From: Balanoglossus misakiensis
Taxonomy: Eukaryota > Animalia > Hemichordata
Assembly (NCBI GenBank): GCA_040954595.2
Contig: CM082578.2
Location: 16,104,998-16,168,997 of the forward strand
Direction: 5' to 3'
DNA: 64,000 bases
Part shown: in pieces, positions 25,931 through 38,056 of the stretch
Layout: each line of letters begins with the position of its first letter
Numbering within the stretch: the first letter of the stretch is position 1
The notes under the pieces: model-generated
The model's input: the letters and a program-made list of their open reading frames with translations, nothing else
What the model was told of the DNA's origin: nothing
Database searches by the model: none
Made by a program: the position numbers and the translations under genes

Positions 25931-26789
25931 TTATGAAGAACAGTTGGTGTGAAAAGGAAGTGAAAGGGCATGGGGTCCAGGGGTCATATTTTTTGGCAGC
26001 CCACTTTTGTAAATGTTTGTCGTCAACAGTTCTGTAAATTATATGGATATTGTCAGATTTCACACAAGAAGACATTTTCCTTTGATATTTTTGTGTCTGT
26101 ACTTGCAACATTTTATTCAAATGTGTTTATTTTAAAGTTTTCAGACTGCCGTAATAAACTTTTTATATCATAATACCCACTTTGTGGTTTGCGGTTCTAT
26201 TCTGGGTTATAGAAATTAGGATGTATATGCTTATACATAGGAGTCCAATCATAGGCTAGATCATAGGGTCAACATGTTATTTATGTGCTTGTATTGAAGG
26301 ACAGAAGGCATTGTAGATTTGTGTCAACTATTGTTTTATTTGACTCCACATGGTTGGTGAGATCGCAATAAATCTCAGTCTTAGTTATTACATGGTCTAT
26401 ATTAGACAAGTGTTGGTGATCTTTTAATAGATTTATTGTGTCTTGTTTGTACAGGTATACTTCGTTCCTCAATGAGCCCACAAATTTTTTCAAGCTGTGC
26501 TGATCCAAAGCCTTACACCATTCCCAAAATGTGCTTTCACCTCTACATTACAAGCAATGCCATCTCTCAGATTATAGTGAGGAGGGCATCTCATTTGTTT
26601 ACTCCCATTATATTGCACAAATGGCCATGCATCGATAGGGATGGCAGTCAACCACATCTCATACAGTGATTTTATGTGAATAACGTAAGCAAGTAAGAAT
26701 GGCCTGACTACATCTTAGTATTTCTACTAGGTAAAGTTGCATAAAGAACCATCAGACAGTTCGGATAGTCCTTTCCAAGTTATATATTT

Positions 26790-29168
26790 TCAGACAGACA
26801 AAGGTGCTGATGGCTTGGTGAACACCACGTCTCCCCTTTTCACCACATACTGGATGAGCTGATCATGTCCACCCATCTGATAAATCAAGTGTTCCCACCT
26901 GCAAAGGGATTAGTTTGTAAAAAATGATATTAGTGAAGCTGTTTGCAAAATTTGGTCTGAGTATGGGGCAGTAACAAGAACTACCATAAAGTATGAAATG
27001 CTTATATTGATTTACCATACTGACAATCATTCAAACACACTGCTATATGCATGTTTTGGCAGAAACTTACCTGGGTGCATTTATGATCACAAGATCGCCG
27101 ACTTTTCCAACCTCCAATGATCCATGGGTGTCAGCTTTACCAAGTGATGCTGCACTGTTGATTGTAGCAGCATTCAGTGCTTCATTCATCGACATGTGGA
27201 GATTAACACACGCTAGATGCATGGTCAGTGGCTGAAATCATAGAATTTGTGAACGTTTAGACAGGTAAACCTTATCAGTACTATTGCACTGAAAAGTTAA
27301 AAATAAATGTATACATACCATGGAAAGACAAAAGACACCAGGATTGAAGTCTGTACCAAGTGCAATGGCAACTCCACTGTCTATCAACTTCCTGGCTGGT
27401 GGTTTATTCAGTCTCAGTACATAAGCTGTAGTGGGTAATAAAACACCAATGCTGCCAGACTTGGCCATTGCTGCAATGCCCTCATCGCTGATCTCTTCAA
27501 GGTGACTGATGGCTCTGGCGTTCAACTCGGCTCCTAACTGGAAGAAGATGTGGCAAAATGCAAGTTATTATCAATGTGGAACCAATTTTAAGTTCTGTAG
27601 TCTGTCTATGGGAGAAGTGGCCAGGGAACCAGCATATCATGCCTACCTCTGCAGATTTCATTGGATGAAGTTCTTCACCATGGAAGTTGATGGCAAGGCC
27701 ACCTTTCACACCTGCTTCTAAGATCCTCCTGGTCTGATCTAAGTTGAAGACGCCTTTTTCGCAGAAGACATCTATGTGATCAACTTCAAGTTCACCATTT
27801 GCCATCATCTGTTGGACACGGGGCAGCTGAACATTGATGACATCATCAGTGGCTTCATCCGCTGTCTTGCCCCTAAAAACAACATGAATAGAACCATAGG
27901 GTACTTACTGTACACCAGCCACAATGAGGAAAGTTAGCAAAACAGCAGATGTAATGAGGCACTAACACATACACAATTACTTACTTAGGGATTGAATGTG
28001 CACCACAAAAAGTACTGGAAATCTCAATTGGCAAAGCCTTCTTGGCCCTCTGTATCACCTTCAACATTTTGATTTCTGTGTCGACATCCAAGCCATAACC
28101 ACTTTTGCATTCCACCAGGGTTGTACCACTTTTCAACATCCTCTCCAATCTCTCCTTGAAAAGCTCATACAGTCTATCTTCAGATGCTTTCCTTGTGTGT
28201 TCTACAGTGAAATTGATTCCACCACCAGCCTGATGCACCTCCATGTATGAGGCACCAGCTAACTAAATTGGCATGATGAGAAATAGGAAGATAATATCCA
28301 TTCATTAATTTTGATATAGGAAACAATGCTCGGATAGAAAGAAAAAAAAATAGTACCGGTATATGATACACATTAGTTGGACTCGCACTAATCAATCAGG
28401 CAGGCACTTTCTGAAAAATTGAGTTCATCTTGCTTGACAATATAGACTATTACCTTCATGGCAAATTCCTTTACTCTATCTCCATCCCAAACTGGATGTG
28501 TGTGTCCATCTATGAAACCTGAAATGGACAAGCCAAAATATCACCATCTGCATACATTCAAAGCTATCTGGCAAATGATTTCAAAAGTTTTTGACACAAT
28601 GTTGCAAGATTACAAATATGCAAATATGTGAAGAGGATTCCACTGTACCTGGCAGAACACACTTCCCAGTGGCATCGATGACATTTTCAAATTTCGCATC
28701 TTTATAATGCTCTAGTATTTTGGCATCATGATCAATCGCTTCAATTAAACCATTGCTGAATGACAAAGAAAAGAAATAAGGTAGCATCATAGACTTAAGA
28801 ACTTGGAAAAGGCAAAAAATCGATTCGTGAGGACACGCCCACTTTCCACTACCATCACCAACCATAAGCGGTGGTACTACATGTAGTATCAAAACTTCAC
28901 CTCGGGCTCAAGCCCCCAAAGAGTGGTTTACGTGCTGTTGGTTTGGCTTCTAATGGTGAATGATGCCACAAGCTTCACATGTACAATACATGTACTGTAC
29001 ATGACGTGCAGAAATGTACTACCTTCCAATCACTATGCTGACCCCATTTTGGCCGTCTTCTTCAACCAAAGCGACATTTTTCATTGCCTCTCCCTTCAAA
29101 ACTTTCTCCCCACTTTTGCATACTTGGACAACTTGTCTAGCATGTTTAACTAGCAGTTTACCAGCCAT
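26790..29168 (-). CDS. AMDHD1: Imidazolonepropionase (amidohydrolase domain-containing 1), 8 coding exons
   Basis: ATG at 29168 (MAGKLLVKHARQVVQVC). Motifs: metal-binding LPGFIDGHTHPVW, YMEVHQAGGGINFTVEHTR, GTTLVECKSGYGL, FCGAHSIP, IDVFCEKGVF, INFHGEELHP, AISHLEE, ALGTDFNP, RWEHLIYQMGGHDQLI. TGA at 26790-26792. Confidence 0.96.
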
Positions 29169-29460
29169 TATCTGTGTCAGATTCCTCAGCTCCACCGATC
29201 AACACGATCACACATGGACTGGACGTAGCCTTGTTGTTTTTGGTCGAAGGAGTATAGCGCAGCGCCCCCGGGCAGTTCCTTTCGTTTTCACAGTGGCGAA
29301 AAGTTATATGAAACAAACATACAGTACGTGGTTGCTAAGCGCTTAGCGTATCACCAGACTCCAGAGTACGACTTTGTTATTGTGGTTTTAGGCGGAAATC
29401 TCTGCTTTCAGCCGTGAAAACCGAAAAAAATCACAAAAGAGTGTCGAACGACAAGGTAAT
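29169..29460. promoter_or_regulatory. Bidirectional promoter between AMDHD1 and CFAP100
   Basis: Genes are divergent. The interval has a CTCF-like GCGCCCCCGGGCAG (29262-29275) and an RFX half-site GTTGC at 29331 running into the perfect palindrome GCTAAGCGCTTAGC (29334-29347). A likely non-coding first-exon donor AG|GTAAT lies at ~29456. Confidence 0.5.
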
Positions 29461-29835
29461 ATTGACTCCATATGTCAACAGTTTCAGTCATTTTAACATA
29501 GGATATGTTTTCATGTGTCATTTTTCAACCTTGTTGGATGTATGTCTCCTGCAATCTACATGATCTAGGACGAACATACTGTAGTCCCAGCCAACGTCCA
29601 TTGCAAATCATACACCGCATTTCACAAGCACATAATCTGTCTCTACGAGAGGCCTTAAACCATAGACAGTAGAAGGGAACGGCCTTCCATTCTACTATCA
29701 CTGTCTAACACAAACCAATGTCAGAATGGGAATTGTGTACTGTTGTTTTCCTTGATGTTCTTGAGTTCTGGAAATCCCATTAACAACATATGCCACGATT
29801 GATGCAATAATTTTTTTTTCCAAATGCAGGCAAAC

Positions 29836-32800
29836 ATGTCTGACAACAGTCCAAGATCATCACCTGTGTCACCAGGTTCAACCCTGTCTGGGAAACGATC
29901 ACGTAAGTGATACTATTGGTATGATAAGGTCTTTCTACAAATTTATTGCCACCATCAGGCAATTTTGACACTAACTATAAAATACATGTACTTTGTTTAC
30001 AGCTTTCATTTATCACAATTCAAAGTTCGCAATCTTAAATCACATCATTCATTCATAGTTTACTTTGAAGTCTAGTCATAATCAATCAAAATGCATAGAA
30101 ACATTTACTTTCATATATCCTTAATTCCAAATGCCAGACTGCATATTGCAAAAAAGCATGTCAATTGTCTCTGCCACATCCACCCATCATTTCCGTATTT
30201 ACCATCGAACCCTGTCTCTCCAACATCATTTCTGTCAGGTGATGCTGTCTCCAGACAATCCGGCAGAGTAACCTTCCCCCAATCCACCAAGTCAGAATCT
30301 CATGCAGGTACCGCTCTCTCAGGTAACATATACTGTAAAACGGGAAATTTTCGAGAGCCAAAAAATAATAGAACACTTTTCGGAGATAAAGAGAACGCGA
30401 AAATTAATCGGCGCGCAATAGTCGCCTCTGTTGATATCGCGAAAATTTCTGTTGCGAAAAATTCCCGTTTTACAGTAGATCTTCTGTAGTAGTCATTCAT
30501 ATTACTTTCCAAGTGAGACCCATGTCTCTCCCATCTATAAAACGTACCCTATGAGACATGAACATTTCAATATACCCTTGTCATTCTCTATTGTGTGTAC
30601 CGGTACTATCCCTTCCACAAAACCTGGCAGCCAGTCATTCTAAGTTTGAATTTCCAAAACATAGACCTGTTCATTCACTATTGAGGCCTCTTGTGCCTCA
30701 GTTTTCGTAATTTCTTGGGAGAAACTTTTGCTCGACATCAGAATGCAATTCTCATTTACAGATGGAGATGACCTTAGAAGTGATCAGAATCCATTTGCTA
30801 TGCCACCAGAGAATGACATCTTTCTCATCAGAGACAAAGAGAGGCAAAGGAAGAAAGCAGTAAGTACACCCTGGAGCGTTTTCTTGATAATGATGAATTT
30901 TTATAAGTGTGACAGTGTAAAGACCACTATAAAGCAAATAATTGGTATTTGATGATGGAAACCAAGATGTATGTACGAAATAGAGTACCAATAGTGTCCC
31001 CTTCATCATTTTATATCATGACAGGAACGTATCAAACAGAGAAGTTTGATGGTGCATGAAAAGACAACATATGCATCCAGAGTTAATGCTAAGAGAGCAT
31101 CTATGAGGAAACCAATGGGCGATTCAGATGAAGATTTAGATTTGGAAGATGAAAAAGATACAGATAAGGCCGTAGCTGTCAAAGATGATCCACAGTTTAC
31201 ATTGGCTGTAACACGAGGTATGTATGAAAACAATGTGCGTACACATACACATGACTTATTGACAAGAAGAAAACTGGGTGGGTTGGGATACTATAGAGAG
31301 AGCAAGAAATGTAGGTGATCCACAAAACAGAAAATACAGAATTCAGTAAATAGCCAAAAGTTAGATATTGGCCCTTTAATGAAACATATAGCCAACACAA
31401 GGCTTCCTGAACATATCTACTTCCAGCTTTGTCTAGAGAGCAGCTAAATGTATCTGTACTGCTTGTATCGTTGTAACAAATCTTTCCTCAATTCAACAAC
31501 TAACTGACAGATCGCCATGTTGAGAAGGAGAATCTGACAGACTATATTGCCAAGAAGAGGGAGATGTTCCTGGTGCAGTATTCGCTTGGTGTTAAGAGGG
31601 ATGAGATGAGAAAACTGGAGGAGATTGCGCAAGCCGAGGAGAGAAAGTTGGAACTGGCAGAGCAATATCTGGAAGAAGACGCTGCTATGTTTGATGAGTT
31701 CTTGAAGGAGAATGATAAGAATTCTGTTGAAGCTATCAAAATGTGAGTTCACATGCCAAATGTCTCGGCTATTACTATAAAGTCAACGGGTCCATTCATG
31801 ATTGTGTTGTTTTATTTGTTGTATGTTTGGAACTAACATTTTCTTACTTCTTGTTACTCTCCTGTTTCCCAGAGCTGAAGCTGAAACTAAAGCTAAACTG
31901 GAGAAAGTTGCTGAGATTAAGAAAATCAATGCTCAGATAATGCTAATCAAGAGGTAAGTATGAGAAAGTAGAACAGCTGTTGGAAAATTTTAGTTCAGCA
32001 AAGCTAGAACTCACACATTATGTTTTAAAAATTTTTATTGTTTTTTATTAGACAGATTTTCATTTTTACTGCTTCAAAAGAATATGTGGATGGTGTTCAC
32101 AGAGTAAGTTATGATGTGTTGTATCTTGTCTTCTTTTTTCATCAGTGAGATATCTAAGAATGAAGACTTACTGAAAGAGTATCAACTTTACAAGAAATTC
32201 TTAGATCATCTCACGCCACAAGAATGGAGGGATGATAAATCAGCAGGGAGGGCCAAGAGACGAGCTGATAAGAGGAAAGACAAAGATGAGAAGTTGTCTG
32301 CATCAGGCAAGAAGAAAGGACCATCGCCGACACCATCAGCTGATGGAAGAGCTTCAAAGTCTAGTCGACAGAGTAAGAGCGCCACCAAAGTTGGATCTGG
32401 CAAAAGGTATTGAAGTTGTTGTAATTGTTTATCAATATCACATGATCTATTTACAGCTATGAATGTTGATAACTTTGTGTGTTCTGTTGTGAAACAAATG
32501 GCATTAAATAAATGTTATTCTCCCTTCAAGACAAACCGCTTTGCAGTCAAGTGGAGCAGAAGGAGATAGTGGAGTGGACTCAGAATCTGATAGTGATGAG
32601 GTATGTGAGAGCAACTGTTTTAGCTTTTGTTTGTCTTTGTCATACGCACCATGGCAACATGTGCCGTTCAGTAGAAACAAAATTTAAACCCTTGAAACAG
32701 CAGCATTTTGTAATTTATATTATGTAGCTTTGAAAAAAAATATTACTGGTATTTTGACATTAAAAATGTAAATCTGAAATGTAATTTCCCCTTTTCTGTT

Positions 32801-35345
32801 TATAGTCCCTGGATTTGTTCTTTACGGATCCACATCAACTGTTGGACATTTTCCAAGAGCTTGAAGAACAGAACTTGTCACTGATTCAAAATAGTCAGGA
32901 GACTGAAGAAGCTCTGGAGGAAATGAGACAAACATTTGTAACAACCAAAGATAAAATGGAGAGAGAAACCGACATCTTGAAACAGCAAATTGACATGTTG
33001 AATGGCGCCATCACCAGGGAGGAAGAGAAAGCAGCTGATTTGGAACACAAATCGAAGTGAGTTGCACTGAATAAATAAAACACATTGAGATGATAATTCA
33101 CTGATGTCTCTTATACCATTCCAAGAAAAGTTGGCTGCAGAAAAATAATTCAATTGATATTGAATCAAGTGTTTTTTCTTCTCTTCCAGAATGTTTTCCT
33201 TTGGTGAATTCAAAGCAGAGGATCAGGTAACAGAAGACTTGTCAAAAATGTTGTCATAGTGAAATACAGATGTCCTGCATATGTGTATAGGAAAAGATGT
33301 TATTATTGTGAAAAAATGTATCTGAATAAGTTGGCTTTTAGCTGTGTTGTAAACCCACCATATTATGAATTTCTCCTGCTACGAAGTTGTGATACCTTTA
33401 ATATATGCCTACGTGCTATGTACACCTTTCACTTCTCTGTATCATAGAACAATCCATTGTATTCCTCCACAGCAGTGTCTATTGTACAGAGAACAAAGGG
33501 TTTTGCTTTACTGTGTATTGGTCTCATATTTATGTCTTTCACTGATGAAAGTTATTCTTTTTTATACGGAATACAGGAAGCAATGCTTGCTCAACTTAAC
33601 AAGAAGGTGGAGGATGTGTATCGCAATTGTATCGGTGACAACGAGGCAAACATCAGGTTAGTGAGTTAGTGACAACTGTGATGCCAAGTAGAGATTTGCA
33701 TGGCGGATTTGGTTGTATCCAGCAGGCAACTGATATGGCAGGGTATCTGTCAAGAAGGGGACCATGCAGAATTTCATGTTTTTGTAATGCAGAGTTCAGT
33801 AACCCAGTGTCTGAGATATTGTTCCACTTGGCATCACAGTTGAGAGTGACTCACTGACTTGTAATATGATTTCTGTGCAATAACAATACAGTGCAGTGCA
33901 TGTACCTCCATGTGTTCTTGTCACGTTGGTTGTAGTGACAGTTTGTTCTTTGTTGTGTTTTTGTGTGTTTTGCATGTATCTATTATTCCTTCTACACCCT
34001 TCTGTCTCCATCCTTACCAACTCAAATTATATCTCCTCTTAATTTTGAGAAGTATTACATGTGTTACTGTTTTGCGTGGAAAGATCCAATTTTTCTCATA
34101 AATAGAAAGGTTGGCGTTTACAATCTTACATTACACCTATTGGGGACTCAACTTGAGTGGTTGGTGGCACAATGCTTGATTGTGTTATTTGTACAGGATA
34201 AGAAACTGCATGTCATGCATAAGTGTGATTGAGCTAAGTACAAGATACCCAGGTTGAATACTGTCATCAGTTTGAAATCATTATTTTCGTCGATCTTGTA
34301 GTAATTCCTTCTTCTGTCACTGTTGTCTTGGTGTGTGCTTGGAGTTCAGTTACGTTTTTTTTATGTTACTCTTTAACCTTTTACCTCATCCCACTTCTGC
34401 AGTACTCTCCAGATGCTGACTAACATTGAAAACAGATTGGAAGAATTATTTGAACAGATTGAAATGATGCCCCCAGAAAGAGTTGAGGCTGCGGAAAAGG
34501 TAAAAGTCATGTGTCTTTTGCAAAACGATGCCATAGAAATGAACTTTATACAGAGCTGTTTGGCAAGGGTCCACAGGCAGTGGTCTCTCGTTTGCCCGAA
34601 GCCCTTGACAACAGTGGTCTTTGATCTGGTGTCCAACAAATTCAAGGTGTTCTTTACCAGAAAGCCCCCCGTTGCTATCCATGCCACCTCCACGGTAGTC
34701 AACAGTGCCACACAACAGTTGATTGAGGCACTCACTGGATTCATGCATGGAGAAGGGAGAAGTTCAGGTTGTACAAACCCCAGTCGCACAATTTTAACTC
34801 ACACAAACTATAGAGGTTGCACACACAGGTTGAACAGGTAGGCTGTACTGAGGAAAACCTTCACAATGGTCTTTTTGTCACTCTGCAGGCTAAGGAGAAG
34901 GAGAGACGACTGAGATTGAGAGAAGAAAAACTTGAACAGCAAAGGATACACCAAGAAGAAAGAGTTAGGAGGGCATTAGAAAGAGCCCAAGCTGATCCCA
35001 AGAAAAAGGTACATGAATCCACTAATTATTGTATTGTGTATTGTGTATGTATGTATGTACACATGTAACACTGTGTCTGTCTGTCCATCTCTCCACTTCA
35101 GAAACTTAGAATCACTGCCATTAAAATAATCTGCATGAGTCAAAACTGCAATAAGGTGTGCAAACTTTGTATTTTCAAGAATACATTTTTTTTCCATTCA
35201 CCATTTTTACTTTTGTTTTTCTTTCTTATAGACTGGCAAGAAACTTGTATTCAGATCAGAGCCGCCCCAAACCAAGCGCAAAGTTGATAAAACAGCACAA
35301 AAAGCCAATAAAGAAGAGGAGGAATTGGCCTATTTTTTCACATAA
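29836..35345 (+). CDS. CFAP100: Cilia- and flagella-associated protein 100 / CCDC37-CCDC38 family (DUF4200 coiled coil), about 15 coding exons
   Basis: ATG at 29836 (MSDNSPRSSP). Exons encode NPFAMPPENDIFLIRDKER, HVEKENLTDYIAKKREMFLVQYSL, LEEDAAMFDEFLKENDKNSVEAIK, EYQLYKKFLDHLTP.EWR, LFFTDPHQLLDIFQELEEQNLSLIQNSQETEEALEE and KKLVFRSEPP, ending EEEELAYFFT (TAA 35343-35345). It is probably the single pro-orthologue of CFAP100 and CCDC38. Confidence 0.9.
30331..30477. mobile_element. ~145-bp TA-flanked MITE (Tc1/mariner-pogo-like) in a CFAP100 intron
   Basis: TA-CTGTAAAACGGGAAATTTTCG ... CGAAAAATTCCCGTTTTACAG-TA: 21-bp TIRs with one mismatch and a TA target duplication. Internal CGCGAAAATT sub-repeats are present. 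Confidence 0.88.
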
Positions 35346-36714
35346 GATTATGTCTATGCTATTATCATCCAGTCTGGGAATTAGGATCTTCATATGTTGA
35401 CTGTGTTTTGAGCCTGTATTATGATGAGCCAATGTGAGAAAAGGCAGACATAGCTTCCCAAAATAGTAACGTCTTTTAATAAAGCCTAAGTCAAACCATA
35501 TGACTCGTACAGTTTTACATGGGATAAAATAAACATTTCATATTTCACAATAATGTAAATACTATTACATCTCAAATTAACATGTTTGATGTGTATTAAA
35601 TGTACATGATAATTTTTGTAGTAACTTCACCGTAGCATTGTTGTTTCAGTTTTTATCTAAATGAAAGTTCAAGTGGAAGATGTTTAATTCATTTGAATTA
35701 AAAGGCTAAAAAAACAGTTTGGCTTTGAATTTTGAGTGTGGATTTGGAGCGATAAATGACTGACGAGTTATCATGATTAGCTCTGCACAGCACGAACAAA
35801 AAATCGCCAGAAAATCGAGATTGACAGAAAGGTCTTCAGAACAATCGCACAGACCTGTACGCAGAGCTATCTCCGAAGTTGCTTCACCCAGTACCCATGG
35901 CATGGCCCTTATCGCCTCGTGGATAAACTTTCACTCGTGAATTATCGCCTAGCAACCTGTGACAACCGACGTAAACAACAGGTTGTACATGTTAATCAAA
36001 TGAAACTGTACACTGATCCGGAAGACAGATCGCCGGACCCACCCGACGATGACATTGAAATAACTCAGTGATAAACGGTTCTGTAATTGATATTGCTGAC
36101 GAGACCACACCAGTAATGTTGATGATGATAAAATCAGTGATGATGGAGACCTATGTGAATTATCCACCAGACTGTGAGATTTGTTACTAACTGTAATGTT
36201 TTACCCAGGATTGGATTTTTAACTTTAAATAATTCGTATTTCCGGATGCTAGAAGTTTCGATAAAATTTTTAAGGGTTTCCACTAGATTTGATTGGTTTT
36301 AATTTTAGATCTAGTGAGGACGACAGTCCACAACATTAAAAGGAGGAATATTTGTGAAAATGCTTCGAAAGGGAAATAGAAGCAGGAGCAATGTACCCCA
36401 ATGCGACAGTACAAGCCAGTTATCTGATAGTTCAGCCATCGGAAAGAGTAATCCAGAACCGAAACTAGAAAGTTTAAAACCCGAAACAGTAGTTTGAAAA
36501 TGGTATGGCGTAAAACTAGATGTCGGACAATTATATCCCGGGGAAAGACCGCAACTCGTAAGGAGATTCCAACGTTATACTCCTTGATCAAATTGATAAT
36601 TGAATAACAAACATCAAATTCTTTTTCTGTTCTTTACATTTATATTTAATTTTCATACCAGTACTTTCGACAAGTCTATTCGAGAATAAAAAAGTGCGAC
36701 TTTTTTGTCGCTGT

Positions 36715-36728
36715 GCGCCCTCTCGTGA
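36715..36728 (-). promoter_or_regulatory. CTCF-like motif upstream of the laminin beta 5' region
   Basis: GCGCCCTCTCGTGA (reverse complement TCACGAGAGGGCGC). Confidence 0.4.
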
Positions 36729-38056
36729 TCTTTTTCGATCAACCCGCAGCGGCCGCAGCTCTGCAAAAAATCTAGTCTACAGAAAAGTTTACATTCTGTT
36801 CAGCCCACGTTCACTCTTCACACGGAGGTTTATGACCATATTCAGCTAACTTTCTTTAAATTTTTACCCACAACTAACAATTAAGCTTATAAGAAGGTGA
36901 ACACTGACGAGTACACTCAGGCTGGGCTGCAGCTAGTGCCCATGTACAGTGGCTTTTTGTCGCAAATTCCAAACTTAAGAACATTCCATGATTGGGTAGG
37001 GGTAGGCAAATGTAAACTTTACTGGGGTGTTGAGGTGTGTGGGAAAGTGCCATTTTCGACGCGTCAATTCACGCTTATCATTATCGTATTCAATAAAATG
37101 TACAATGGGTTTATTAGCGAAATAAAACTATCGCAATGTTATCGACTTAATGATGGAAATCAATCTTTGTACAACAACACCCTCAACCATGGCTGGTGGC
37201 CACTTGAAGCTTCCGGTCACTCTTTTCCACAATGCATTGTTCCGCTACCACTTTGAAGGGTGCAAAGCGACAGGGACTTGACCGATCGGCCCCTGAAGGA
37301 ATAACTTGAAGGGAGTTGGCCGTGAAGATAATCATTTCGGCAGGGTTAGGAGGTGATTTGTCCCACGAAGAAGAGGTCATCACGAAGAGAAGGTATGTAT
37401 CATAGTTCAGAGTCATACAATTCGTGAAAATTCGTGTGTGGCTAAAATATGTCCGGGCTCAAAACCTGCAAGTCAAAGCTCGATTGTCAGTGCTCATAAA
37501 AACACCAACCAGGCCTGGGACCTCCAGTGATTAACAAACAACGACTGTGTGTAAATGAATGGTGGTCGAACAACGGCTCACCATGATCAGCGAAAGCTGC
37601 GGAAGTAATATACTTTTCAGACTCGGGTGTAAGTTTATATTACTTGTCGACATTCCTCGGCGCACACGAGAGCTTTTCAGCTGCCATTTCTTGCAGATGA
37701 GATACTGTAGTAGATAGTTGTAGCATACATAGCAAGACCGACAAACTTCACTCTACCCCACCTAAACCGCAAATTATTAGCGTACAAATAAAGTCGTGCA
37801 GTCACCGCCCGTCTGAACCAATATCCTTACATTTGTTATTTTCTTGTCTATGTATTCAACAGGACCGGAAAGGACCCAGCCGAGAAACCGTGAAAAGTTT
37901 TGGAGTGCAGTGTTCTGCCGGGGAGGCTTCAGTTCCGTTCGTTGTCGCTATTTTCTAGACTGGAAATCCACCAATGAGTCTGTCTTTTCCGTATTAACAG
38001 TGGATATTACTTTTTTGCAATTTGACAACTATTGGGACTTGCCATTGTGAAGTAGA

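Noticed and set aside
6658-29168. Horizontal transfer or contamination by a bacterial hut operon
   Set aside because: All three genes have many spliceosomal introns (including U12-type), animal-type features such as the Par3/HAL N-terminal domain, mixed strands and interspersed eukaryote-specific genes.
30115-30124. ATATCCTTAA as an AT-AC U12 donor
   Set aside because: It lies inside an ordinary GT-AG CFAP100 intron, with no preceding exon and no need for it to keep frame.
35706-37416. ORFs of 65-119 aa between CFAP100 and laminin
   Set aside because: No recognisable domains or coherent coding exon chain. Most likely intergenic or laminin 5' regulatory sequence.
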